Virus record (IMG/VR): IMGVR_UViG_3300025840_000011
Length of the DNA: 64,000 bases
Reading direction: 5' to 3' (one strand)
DNA from: a virus
How positions within the stretch are numbered: position 1 is the first letter of the stretch; the number at the start of each line of letters is the position of its first letter. The notes below the pieces were generated by a model. That model did not search any database. It saw only the letters and a program-made list of their open reading frames with translations, and had not been told where the DNA came from. A program made the translations under genes and the position numbers. Positions 54,910 through 64,000 of the stretch are shown here, one piece after another.

Positions 54910-56279
54910 TGTTTAATACTAAGAGTACTCAACAGTGGCGTCTCGAATACGCCGTAATCACAGCGGATCGTGGTGTAAAAAAAGAAGTAACCGATTTCGT
55001 TGCAGAGATCGTGTTGTATGAAAACATCTACGTACCTTATGTTACTGGTCGAATCGCATTCGCTGACAACACGGGTATCTTTACTAAAATGAAACCTATG
55101 GGTAGTGAGAGACTTGATCTTGTCATCAAGGCAGAAACCCCTGGCGTGGACCACCCTGTTAGTGGAGGACTTGAAGGTAAAACATTTGTTATGAAAAGAT
55201 TAGAAGATAGTGTAAAGGCGAACGCAGAAGGAACATCGTCTTTGGTCATATTTGAAATAATCGAAGAACACGCTGTTGCAAGTAATCTAAAAAAATTATC
55301 CAGAACAATCAAAGATAATTTCGTTCTTGAGATACTTAAGTGTGGCGCTGACATGGGCGCGGCTGTGAACATTGATCGTGCCAGACCTTCTAAACAAACG
55401 AAATGGAAAGGTTACATTCCTTATCTTAGTCCTTTAGATGCGATAAGGTGGATGATGAACAGAGCGACAAACCATAAAGAGATGCCATACTTTTTATATT
55501 CCAACATACACGAGAGTAATATTCGACTGGCCTCTCTAGACATCCTAATGGAACAGACTCCTTTTAATGCGGCAAATCCTTATGTTTTTAGTAGTGCAAC
55601 TGTTCAAAGTCAAGAATATGAAACTGGTGGTCCTACTCTAGAGTCACTAGAGAAAAAACACTGGCACATAAATTCAATACGTGCAAAGAACATGGGAGAT
55701 CAGATGGCTCAGGTTCAGAAGGGTGCGAGTACTGGATCTAGATTGTCGGTCACCAACATCAATGGTGACAATCCGATTATCGCCAGTAGACACAACTCAA
55801 TGATGGAGAGTGTTGGTAAGATGGGACCGTTGTTTAGAGGTAATCCACAGAACATATATGATCCTGCATTTAATGTTAGGGGCGCGGGACCAATGCATGT
55901 CAATGACGCTGCTCAGTATCATACGATTGTTTCGGAGAATATTTACACACAAGAATTTAAGAGTTTCCACTATGAAGAATCTATCGATGAATATATGCCT
56001 GTTTTGACTGCAAACGCAGTGAGGGCGGCTATGCAAAAAAATACATACGAGGTTTCTATCAACGGTGCAAAGTTTCTCCAAAACAAAAAGGGTGTGGGTG
56101 ATCTGGTTGAACTCAGAGTGTATGCGGATAATACTGACTTAGAAAACGCACCTGAACAAATAGATAAGATGAAGAGTGGTACGTTCTTGGTTACTGGAAT
56201 TGCACATACATTTTCAATTCCAACCCATACCATTACTATGGAAGTGACCAAGTTTTCGTATGACCCAAGTTTAGGATAA
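54909..56279 (+). CDS. Baseplate hub protein (gp27-like)
   Basis: LYENIY..YVTG; SGTFLVTGIAHTF; located between gp53 and gp5. Confidence 0.6.
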   Translation: MFNTKSTQQWRLEYAVITADRGVKKEVTDFVAEIVLYENIYVPYVTGRIAFADNTGIFTKMKPMGSERLDLVIKAETPGVDHPVSGGLEGKTFVMKRLEDSVKANAEGTSSLVIFEIIEEHAVASNLKKLSRTIKDNFVLEILKCGADMGAAVNIDRARPSKQTKWKGYIPYLSPLDAIRWMMNRATNHKEMPYFLYSNIHESNIRLASLDILMEQTPFNAANPYVFSSATVQSQEYETGGPTLESLEKKHWHINSIRAKNMGDQMAQVQKGASTGSRLSVTNINGDNPIIASRHNSMMESVGKMGPLFRGNPQNIYDPAFNVRGAGPMHVNDAAQYHTIVSENIYTQEFKSFHYEESIDEYMPVLTANAVRAAMQKNTYEVSINGAKFLQNKKGVGDLVELRVYADNTDLENAPEQIDKMKSGTFLVTGIAHTFSIPTHTITMEVTKFSYDPSLG

Positions 56280-56282
56280 CAG

Positions 56283-57134
56283 ATGAAAGAGTTACCTGTA
56301 CAGTTCTACGGAGACAATGTACGTTGGTTTATAGCCACCGTTGTTGACGCACGTCCCCCTAAAGGAGAGAAACTAGAGGGACGTGTGTGTATCAGAATTC
56401 ACGGTACAATGTCTCCATCGACTGCGGACATACCACAAGGTGATTTACCTTGGGCGCAAGTATTGATCCCCACTACTGAAGGTGGTACTTCTGGACTTGG
56501 TGCAACACCAAGACTAGAGGCGGGAACCAACGTCTTCGGATTCTTCATGGACGGTAAGGCGTCACAAACACCTATAGTTCTGGGATCACTACCTCAGTAC
56601 GAGTTCGCCTCTCCAGTACAGGTCGGAAATGATCCGGGCTTCATAGAACAGGCTTTGGAGGCGGTAATAAGTTTTATTAACAAAGATTTGGTGGAAGACG
56701 ATAATACTGGTGCAATCACTCAAGAAACCAGACTCGCCAGACAATCCGAAACTATACGGTACTTAATGGATCAGGGGTACACCAGAGACCAAGCGATAGG
56801 TATGGCGGCGGCTTTGGACATAAGTTCTGGTATGGTTACTGGATATAGTGAAGACGAAACGCGATATGGAATTGGTGGTTGGAGTGCAACTGACCAAGAA
56901 AGACTTCGAAACTCTACAGAGCTCTGGGATACCTTTTCAGGTCAAATGGAATATATTGTTGAGAAGGCGAAAGAGTCGAATCTGAATAGGGCGACAACAA
57001 TTAGTAAAAATACTCAGAACAATAGTAACACAGTATTTGCAAGTTTGGAAGCTTTAAACCAGTTCCAAGAAACTAATAGAGATCTTGCACTTGACGCAGC
57101 GAATAGAATCAATGATGATATGGGTGGTGGATAA
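56283..57134 (+). CDS. gp5 N-terminal OB-fold plus degenerate phage tail lysozyme domain
   Basis: WFIATV...GRVCIRIHG...DLPWA...VFGFFMDG...PIVLGS; GYTRDQAIGM..DISSG..YGIGGW. Confidence 0.75.
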   Translation: MKELPVQFYGDNVRWFIATVVDARPPKGEKLEGRVCIRIHGTMSPSTADIPQGDLPWAQVLIPTTEGGTSGLGATPRLEAGTNVFGFFMDGKASQTPIVLGSLPQYEFASPVQVGNDPGFIEQALEAVISFINKDLVEDDNTGAITQETRLARQSETIRYLMDQGYTRDQAIGMAAALDISSGMVTGYSEDETRYGIGGWSATDQERLRNSTELWDTFSGQMEYIVEKAKESNLNRATTISKNTQNNSNTVFASLEALNQFQETNRDLALDAANRINDDMGGG

Positions 57135-59059
57135 TGTCACTAACTAAACAACAAGTCAACCAAACTCTAAATCTACAGAACCAGAGTAGTAAACGTACAC
57201 ATTCAAGTAATTTGAATAAGGCGGTATCTCTGGTTCGGGACAACCAGATTACGAACAACGTAAACAAGGCCGTTGAACATGGTCCTGTGGGTACTAGTGG
57301 TATCATCTCTCTGAACTCCACGGACAATGCGGCGCAGAAGGGGAACGGTACTAACCTTGTTCAAGCGGATGATTTTGCACTTAAGTCTGGTGCAAAGACC
57401 GCAACACAATTGCAGAATGAAACCGTGGTTCAAATGGGTGGCCACGGTGATAGTGATGGTAAAACAACCATCAGCGAAGACAACTGGAATGTACTGTCGG
57501 TAGAATTCTGGACAGACTCTTCTGACTTGTCTGCGTTGAGTGCAGAGATTAATAGTATTGGTGGTGGTATAGGTGACACTATTGCGGGACTCATGAGATT
57601 GATTACCGCACTGGGTGCACTTGCAGACCTTGCATCAAATCTGAATGTGGGTGCGGCGACTGGTTCTGCGGCAGAAAAAGCCGGTACTATAATGAAAGAC
57701 AAAGCGACTCAGTTAGGTAACGACTTGCAAGGTGGACTGAATGGTATCGGAGATGCATTCCAAGGATTTGGAGATATCTCAAATATCCAAGAACTGGGTA
57801 ATCAATTCGATACATTGGGTAATGCGATCAACAACTTTACTGGACCACTTCTGACTGCAACGGATATCATCACAAATCCTGCGGACGTATTCCTCGACAC
57901 TCTTACTGAAGAGACGGGAATTGGAAATGCGTTTAAAGAAGTTGAGGCTGGTTTCAATGATATAACAACGGGTATCAACGACACCTTAAATTCTATTGGT
58001 GATACGATAGATGCAGCGGTGGCTATTGCAGATCCTATTATGGAAACAATCGCAAAGGCGGAAAGGTTAGGTGCGACTATCAGTGCAAACGCTGGTATCC
58101 TTCAAAACCTGAACGAAATCTACAGTGCGAACTTGGGTAAGGACATTACTAAAATCACTGGTGGTGCATCTCTAAGTAGGTCAGAGACAGGTAAGATCAT
58201 GGATCAGATCAACTCTGGAAAGGAAAAGGATATTGCAAATGCAGTCAAGACGATTGTAGGAAAGAACACTAACTTGCATCCCGATATGATACCGATTGTT
58301 AACGCAACCGTTTCTTTCAATAACACGTCTCAACTACAGGATAACATCGTTGATCGCGCAAAGTTGGCGGGTGTTGATCCTGCGATAATTGCAGACTTTG
58401 AAGAAATCTTTGTCAACATCGAAGACAACGTTTCAATCTTTGACACCACAATGCAAGGAAACTTGTTTGTGTCTCAGAACGATTTCTTTTCTAAGAACAA
58501 GAATCTCAAAGACTATGGTTCACAGTATGAATCAGATGTCAATGTAGATGGAACGCCTAAATTTCTTACGTGTGATTCCTATGAGGAACTCGCACAAGAG
58601 GTTATGGTTACAGACCGTGATATAACCAAAATTGTTATCCACGGTAGTAACACTTACCTCAACCAGTACCTAACTTCTAGAGACATTCATCAAAGGATGA
58701 TAGACAGAGGGTATGATGGTATGCAATACCACTATGTGATCAGGAGAGACGGTACTCTGGAAAGAGGTATACCCTCTAACAAAGTGACTGCGGTCACTGA
58801 TCCAACCATTGCGAATAATTCCATCGATATCATTATGGTTGGTGGTATTAATGCGGCAACCGGAACTGAGAATCCGGACAGATATAAAGGTATCGGATCT
58901 TACACTAGACAACAGTTTAACACCCTAGAGTCTTTGTTGGTAAACTGGTATAGAAGGTATCCAGGCGTAGAGGTAGTAGGTCATCAAGACATTGACACTG
59001 CCTCTTCTGATCCTGCGTTCGATGTTAAAGGATATGTAAAAGATAGGTTTGATGTATAA
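57134..59059 (+). CDS. Virion protein with C-terminal N-acetylmuramoyl-L-alanine amidase (Amidase_2)
   Basis: IVIHGS, YHYVIRRDG..ERG, SIDI.MVGG, VVGHQD, DPAFDV. Confidence 0.75.
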   Translation: MSLTKQQVNQTLNLQNQSSKRTHSSNLNKAVSLVRDNQITNNVNKAVEHGPVGTSGIISLNSTDNAAQKGNGTNLVQADDFALKSGAKTATQLQNETVVQMGGHGDSDGKTTISEDNWNVLSVEFWTDSSDLSALSAEINSIGGGIGDTIAGLMRLITALGALADLASNLNVGAATGSAAEKAGTIMKDKATQLGNDLQGGLNGIGDAFQGFGDISNIQELGNQFDTLGNAINNFTGPLLTATDIITNPADVFLDTLTEETGIGNAFKEVEAGFNDITTGINDTLNSIGDTIDAAVAIADPIMETIAKAERLGATISANAGILQNLNEIYSANLGKDITKITGGASLSRSETGKIMDQINSGKEKDIANAVKTIVGKNTNLHPDMIPIVNATVSFNNTSQLQDNIVDRAKLAGVDPAIIADFEEIFVNIEDNVSIFDTTMQGNLFVSQNDFFSKNKNLKDYGSQYESDVNVDGTPKFLTCDSYEELAQEVMVTDRDITKIVIHGSNTYLNQYLTSRDIHQRMIDRGYDGMQYHYVIRRDGTLERGIPSNKVTAVTDPTIANNSIDIIMVGGINAATGTENPDRYKGIGSYTRQQFNTLESLLVNWYRRYPGVEVVGHQDIDTASSDPAFDVKGYVKDRFDV

Positions 59060-60588
59060 TGGCAGATGATAATATTACAATAGAGACAGCGGCAGAAGAA
59101 GCGACTCAACAGGTTCCCCTTTATGGGTTCCAAGATCCTTCCGGTGAGTTTCCCCGTAAACAATACTGGGGAGAAAGTTCTATCAACAAGGCGGCGAGAG
59201 GTGATTTTATCAATGACCTCATGGTCACGGGTTCCTTTCCACAAGTTGATCTCGAACTAAAACCAACCAGACCCTCAGAGTATCCCTACAATCAGGTTAA
59301 GGAAACTTACTCTGGTCACGTCATCGAATATGATGACACGGCGGGGGGTGAGAGAATCTTGATTAAACACCGCACGGGTGCGGGTATAGAGATTCGTCCG
59401 GACGGGACAATCTACATTTCTTCTGTAAACAAGAAATTGGAAACCGTTGGTGGTGACATGCGTATCATCGTAGAAGGTGATACGAAGATGGCGTACAAGG
59501 GTAATGTCGATATGTACGTCGAAGGTAACTACAATGTTGACATTGGTGGTAACTACAATATCCGAACCAAGGGTCACAAGAACGAGAAGGTGTTCAAGAA
59601 CTATCGTGACCAGACTTCCGGTAACCGTGAGTCTACGACTAAAAAATTCCAGACTAACTTGACCGTTGGTGGAAGAATCGATACCACACTTGGTGCACAC
59701 CAGATCAATGCAAAACAAGGATTTAGTGCCGCAACAGAAGGGACAATGCAATTGACTTCTGATGGTACTATTATGTTATCTGGTAAGAAAGAAGTCGCTG
59801 CATCATCTAGGGTTGTTAACATGACGGGTATGCACTGTTCGGTGATTGGTGTAACTGGTTCGTTTGGTGGTACACTAGTTGACTTCGTAGGAAAAACCTA
59901 TATGGGTCCAGCGGGTCCGGTCCCCTATGCATCTGGTGCCGCATTCTATGGTGGTTTCTTGGGTTGTTCGTTGAGTGCGGTTGCGTCGAAGACTTCTATC
60001 ACTTCTGGGACTGCAATCTCTGCGTCCTCACTTGGTGGTTCTGCTCCTACTATTCCAGATTTCACTGCTCCGCCTTTACCGACACCCCCATCTATTCCAA
60101 CTATTCCTAGTGCATTGGTTGCGACTAGTTTGTTGGGTGGACCTTATGGTATCAAGACAGTATCTATTGATGCGGGTGATGATCTCAAAAATAAGATCCT
60201 CAAAAATGATGGATACGGTGGTGTCTTTCATGGTGGTGAAGAAGAAGCCTCCACACAGAATTTAAGATCCGCAATGCGAGATGTCAATAATAGAGACGCA
60301 CTACAGTTACAGGCAATGGCGGATGGACTGATCAATGAAGAATCTGTCTTCTCCATTCCCGAAGCGATTGGTCGTTCTACAGGCGCGGATCCCACATCCA
60401 TCATGGGTATGATACCTTTGGGTAATACAGAAGAACATTTGGGACAACAGGTTACTCTTGGTCTTGATCCACAAACAAGAGAGGACATCCGTAACGCAGA
60501 GGCGCAAAGACTTGCATTCCTCGACAGAGAAGGTATTGAAGATCCTCTCAGGGCATCCACGTTACCCACCACGGAGGATTCTGCATGA
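59059..60588 (+). CDS. gp5 C-terminal part (beta-helix spike)
   Basis: GFQDPSGEFP, YPYNQVKETYSGHVIEYDDT.GGERI; VEGD/VEGN/IGGN repeats. Confidence 0.8.
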   Translation: MADDNITIETAAEEATQQVPLYGFQDPSGEFPRKQYWGESSINKAARGDFINDLMVTGSFPQVDLELKPTRPSEYPYNQVKETYSGHVIEYDDTAGGERILIKHRTGAGIEIRPDGTIYISSVNKKLETVGGDMRIIVEGDTKMAYKGNVDMYVEGNYNVDIGGNYNIRTKGHKNEKVFKNYRDQTSGNRESTTKKFQTNLTVGGRIDTTLGAHQINAKQGFSAATEGTMQLTSDGTIMLSGKKEVAASSRVVNMTGMHCSVIGVTGSFGGTLVDFVGKTYMGPAGPVPYASGAAFYGGFLGCSLSAVASKTSITSGTAISASSLGGSAPTIPDFTAPPLPTPPSIPTIPSALVATSLLGGPYGIKTVSIDAGDDLKNKILKNDGYGGVFHGGEEEASTQNLRSAMRDVNNRDALQLQAMADGLINEESVFSIPEAIGRSTGADPTSIMGMIPLGNTEEHLGQQVTLGLDPQTREDIRNAEAQRLAFLDREGIEDPLRASTLPTTEDSA

Positions 60589-61181
60589 TCTATAGACCAA
60601 ACCCAAAGTACGATCCAAGAAAAACTCAAGGTAGGTTCATAACTTCACAGTTACCTCTTGCAGCCGGTATCAATATTGCAACGTTTCTGGGACACGGTGC
60701 GTCTGGTATTGGTCACCTTGGTACTGCGGAGAAGAGATCACAACTTGCAAGAAACCTGTATCTACAGGCGCAGATGATCAATGCAGTAAACATGGACACC
60801 AAACTATTCAGAACTATTCGAGTTGCGGTTTCTGAGGGTGTCTACGAACCAGGCCCAAATGAAGTCTGTAAGGGAGATAACGCCCTGAAAGAAGATGGGA
60901 GAATGATTGTATATCAGGTGTATGGTGGAAACGGAAAGATCGATCATGCGGCAACATATGACGTTGCAAAGTTCTGGAAGGATCACATGAAGTTCAACAG
61001 GTTGGTTCTGGATTATGATATCTTTAATCCTGATGGATCACTTACCTCTCAAATCCTGATAGAGATGCCCAACGTGCCTAAGAACTTTGATGTCACATAC
61101 ACGAACGTGGTTCAGACTCAGTACAACGGATACTTATTTTCTAACAAAGAACTTGTTGAGGTTCTTGAGAAAAAGGTATAA
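60585..61181 (+). CDS. Baseplate-associated protein, probably inactive M15-peptidase fold
   Basis: RNL...VSEGVY...GRMIVY...FNRLVLDY parallels M15 (SGYR, GQAVD, DQLILE) without Zn ligands. Confidence 0.4.
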   Translation: MIYRPNPKYDPRKTQGRFITSQLPLAAGINIATFLGHGASGIGHLGTAEKRSQLARNLYLQAQMINAVNMDTKLFRTIRVAVSEGVYEPGPNEVCKGDNALKEDGRMIVYQVYGGNGKIDHAATYDVAKFWKDHMKFNRLVLDYDIFNPDGSLTSQILIEMPNVPKNFDVTYTNVVQTQYNGYLFSNKELVEVLEKKV

Positions 61182-61184
61182 ATA
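61177..61184 (+). promoter_or_regulatory. T4-type late promoter
   Basis: TATAAATA upstream of gp25. Confidence 0.7.
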
Positions 61185-61211
61185 AAGATATTATAACACA
61201 CGAGAGTCAAC

Positions 61212-61667
61212 ATGGCAATTAAAAGAGCGCTTGCCACCGAAGATTTTGGTCTGGACACAGTAAGTCTTGCGACTACAAGAAACCGCAAGTATATTGATCT
61301 AGATATTGCATTCAAGGCAAAACCAGTATCCGGTGACATTTACAAGAAGACTGAGGCGGCTGCGGTGAAACAGGCCGTCAAGAACCTCATGTTGACTAAT
61401 TATAGGGAAAGACCCTTTAAACCGTATTTTGGTACGAACATAACATCGTACCTGTTTGAACTTACCGAAAAAGAAATAGAAAAGAAACTGGCTAGGAACA
61501 TTCGTAATGCGATCAAGGCATACGAACCTAGAGTCAACAGTAGAACTCTAAAGATCGTGGTAAACGTTCAACCGGATTATAACTCAATAGACGTAACACT
61601 TGTTTTTAATGTGATTAACTCGTCGGAAGAAGTTACGTTAACTACGTCGATAAACAGGTTAAGGTAA
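61212..61667 (+). CDS. gp25: Baseplate wedge gp25
   Basis: YIDLDIAF, AVKQAVKNL, ERPFKPYFG, YEPRV, RLR. Confidence 0.9.
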   Translation: MAIKRALATEDFGLDTVSLATTRNRKYIDLDIAFKAKPVSGDIYKKTEAAAVKQAVKNLMLTNYRERPFKPYFGTNITSYLFELTEKEIEKKLARNIRNAIKAYEPRVNSRTLKIVVNVQPDYNSIDVTLVFNVINSSEEVTLTTSINRLR

Positions 61668-61668
61668 G

Positions 61669-63498
61669 ATGACTACAACAATTAAATCCTCTGCACTAGA
61701 CTTCAACAACATCAAGAACAACCTGAAGAATTACTTGATTGAACGAGGAGAGTTTGCAGATTATAATTTCGAGACATCCGCACTCTCCAACCTGTTGGAC
61801 GTTCTTGCGTACAACACTCACCTGAATGGTCTTACCGCCAACTTTGCATTAAACGAGTCATTCCTCTCTACTGCACAACTTCGTAGTTCTCTGGTATCTC
61901 TTGCAGAGGGTATTGGATATATTCCTGATTCTAAGACATCCGCTGAGGCGAGGATTCGAATGGCGTTGAACTTGTCTTCAATCGAAGACAGACAAGACTC
62001 TATCAGTCTCGCGTCTGGGTTTGAATTTACTTCGGTCATTGACTCAACGATATACAGATTTCAGACTCAAGAGACTATTATTGCAACGGATGATGGAGCG
62101 GGATATTACAGATTCGCCACCTTAGATGGTAACGTCAACATTCCTATCTACGAGGGGACGCAACAGACTCGTACCTTTATCGCGGGTGAAAATGATGAGT
62201 ACGCTCTCTACATAATTCCTGATCCCAATATGGACATCAACACCGCTGTCGTAAAAGTCTACGAGAGTCCTACGTCATCAAACTTTGTGACATACACTAA
62301 TATTCTTAAGGCGACAACGATCAGTGAACAGTCAACCCTTTATATCCTGAAAGAGACACCCAACGGATACTTCGAACTATCGTTCGGTAACGGTACTACT
62401 CTGGGGCAAACACCTGAGGCGGGATATAAGATTGTGGTGGACTATCTGTCTTGTAACGGAGTTAACGGTAATGATGGTGTTATCTTCCAACCCCAAACAC
62501 AAATCAAGATTAACAACACCACTTACAGAACACCTTCGGTAACAACCAGAAGTAAATCGGTTGGTGGTGCGGAGAAGGAGTCCTTGGAGTCCATTCGTAA
62601 GAATGCGCCTTACCAGTACGCCGCACAAAACAGGATGGTAACTCACGTTGACTATTCTTCTCTTGTACTGCGGAACTTTTCAAACCTAATCTATGACATC
62701 AAGGCGTGGGGTGGAGAAGACAACACCGAACCAGAATTTGGAACTGTGTTCATGTCAATCAAGTTTAACGCTGATGTTCCTGCGGATCGTATTGAAATCA
62801 CAAAGACTGCGGTTGAGGATCTGTCGAATCAACTGGGTGTCGCTTCTTTTGATATTAAGTTTACTGATCCTATCATCACTTATGTAGAACCGGAAGTGTT
62901 CTTCCAGTTTAACCCAAGACTGACCACACTGTCAATTAACACGATTCAGGACAGGGTACGTAAAGTCATTAACAACTACTTTACCGGAGCGGTGGGTAAA
63001 TTTGAAACCTCTTTCCGTAGATCAAACATGTTAGCGTTGATCGATGAAGTCAGTCCTGCGGTACTATCATCTCGTGCAAACATTAGAATGCAACAGAGAC
63101 TTACTCCTGCACTGACTCAGGAGAAAGATTACACATTTACTTTCCCTGTTCCGATTGCGGATCCTGATGACGTACAGTATCGTATCACTTCTGGTTCTTT
63201 CAACTTTAGAAACCAGACGTGTCAGTTAAGAAACAAACTGTCAAGTAACAAGTTACAGGTTGTTAACCTTGCCACCAATAAAATTGTTGTTGACAACGTT
63301 GGAACATATAATGCAACGCTAGGTATTGTCAACATTATTGGACTACAGGTTGACTCTCTTGTGGGTGGTGGGACAACAATAAAGATTGCGGTAGTTCCTG
63401 CAAACCAGAGTGCGATCACTCCACTCAGAGAATACATTTTGGAACAAGACGTTGATCGTACTACCGCTAAGGGTGTACTAGTAACTGCGACTAATTAA
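61669..63498 (+). CDS. gp6: Baseplate wedge gp6
   Basis: LDFNNIKNNL, DYNFE.S.LS.LLDVLAYNTH, NESFL.TAQLRSS, AQNRMVT..DY, WGGED. Confidence 0.92.
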   Translation: MTTTIKSSALDFNNIKNNLKNYLIERGEFADYNFETSALSNLLDVLAYNTHLNGLTANFALNESFLSTAQLRSSLVSLAEGIGYIPDSKTSAEARIRMALNLSSIEDRQDSISLASGFEFTSVIDSTIYRFQTQETIIATDDGAGYYRFATLDGNVNIPIYEGTQQTRTFIAGENDEYALYIIPDPNMDINTAVVKVYESPTSSNFVTYTNILKATTISEQSTLYILKETPNGYFELSFGNGTTLGQTPEAGYKIVVDYLSCNGVNGNDGVIFQPQTQIKINNTTYRTPSVTTRSKSVGGAEKESLESIRKNAPYQYAAQNRMVTHVDYSSLVLRNFSNLIYDIKAWGGEDNTEPEFGTVFMSIKFNADVPADRIEITKTAVEDLSNQLGVASFDIKFTDPIITYVEPEVFFQFNPRLTTLSINTIQDRVRKVINNYFTGAVGKFETSFRRSNMLALIDEVSPAVLSSRANIRMQQRLTPALTQEKDYTFTFPVPIADPDDVQYRITSGSFNFRNQTCQLRNKLSSNKLQVVNLATNKIVVDNVGTYNATLGIVNIIGLQVDSLVGGGTTIKIAVVPANQSAITPLREYILEQDVDRTTAKGVLVTATN

Positions 63499-63507
63499 GG
63501 TATTTAG

Positions 63508-64000
63508 ATGGCGCACCTACGTGACAGAACTCTATTAGATATAGGAAGACGTAATCTTAACGTACAAGACTACTATATCGAAGAGGTCATACCGGATTGG
63601 ATTGTCCAAGATTATCCCAATCTGGTAAACTTCATAAAAGAGTATTATTCGTTTGAGGAAGATGACCTATCTCCCTCACATATCATCAAGCAGTTATTCT
63701 TTGCACGTGATATTACGCAAACTGAATTGGAACTATTGTCGTTCATTGAGGACGAACTTCTTCTTGGTCAAGCGTACTTCGAAGGGTTCCCTGATAAAAG
63801 AGAGGCCGCAAAATACTCGAATACACTTTATCGTTCGAAGGGTACGAAGTTCACGATACAACAGTTCTTCCGTACATTCTTTCAGATTGACCCCGATGTC
63901 ATCTACGGTAAAGAACAAGTTTTCTTTGTTGGTGAAGATCACATTGGTCCAGAGTCTCAGAGGTACTTAACCAACGACAAACTATATCAGATGTTCGCCA
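63508..64000 (+). CDS. gp7: Baseplate wedge initiator gp7-like (3'-truncated)
   Basis: IPDWIVQDYPNLVNFIKEYY...LYRSKGT...FFRTF. Confidence 0.7.
   Translation, partial: MAHLRDRTLLDIGRRNLNVQDYYIEEVIPDWIVQDYPNLVNFIKEYYSFEEDDLSPSHIIKQLFFARDITQTELELLSFIEDELLLGQAYFEGFPDKREAAKYSNTLYRSKGTKFTIQQFFRTFFQIDPDVIYGKEQVFFVGEDHIGPESQRYLTNDKLYQMFA

Noticed and set aside
476-63970. Numerous 60-230 aa antisense or alternate-frame ORFs in the track (e.g. 4840..5367, 45700..46398, 63653..63970)
   Set aside because: They overlap well-supported genes, lack SD and motifs; shadow ORFs
1-64000. tRNA, rRNA, CRISPR array, IS element, integrase
   Set aside because: No cloverleaf/T-loop pattern, regularly spaced repeats or transposase/integrase motifs seen; intergenic gaps are short and explained by promoters
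1-64000. Stop-codon reassignment
   Set aside because: Core genes are full-length in the standard code and end in TAA, TGA or TAG at expected positions

Overview
64 kb of a large T4-like (Tevenvirinae-like, probably marine) myovirus genome; no tRNA, rRNA, CRISPR array or IS element was seen. Left to right: (1) 1.1-9.6 kb late cluster of probable internal head/injected proteins with T4-type capsid-targeting N-termini, including a ligase-fold protein, an HxGH nucleotidyltransferase and an apparent polyprotein; (2) nrdA(+glutaredoxin)-iscU-nrdB-CxxC protein, a GIY-YIG nuclease and a truncated ANL adenylation enzyme; (3) early small-gene cassettes behind a family of near-identical sigma70 promoters (15-17 kb, 39.5-44 kb); (4) phoH, M15 endolysin and a ~18 kb island of glycosyl-, sulfo-, methyl- and carbamoyl-transferases, radical SAM, diiron ferritin-like enzyme, amidotransferase and cupins, followed by spanins and a nuclease; (5) gp33, gp32, APS-kinase-like + HxGH pair; (6) baseplate/tail module (tape measure, gp51, gp26, gp54, gp2, gp4, gp48, gp53, gp27-like, split gp5, gp25, gp6, gp7). 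Most striking observations: a window-wide rule that CCNGG occurs only when overlapped by GCC/GGC (every Pro-Gly pair I could find is encoded that way), a U-UUU-UUA -1 frameshift joining gp26 to gp51 just upstream of the tape measure gene, protease-cleavable capsid cargo, a diiron/amidotransferase/cupin/sulfotransferase-fold cassette, and a tail spike split around an amidase with a dead lysozyme. All calls come from motif recognition by eye; no searches were run.
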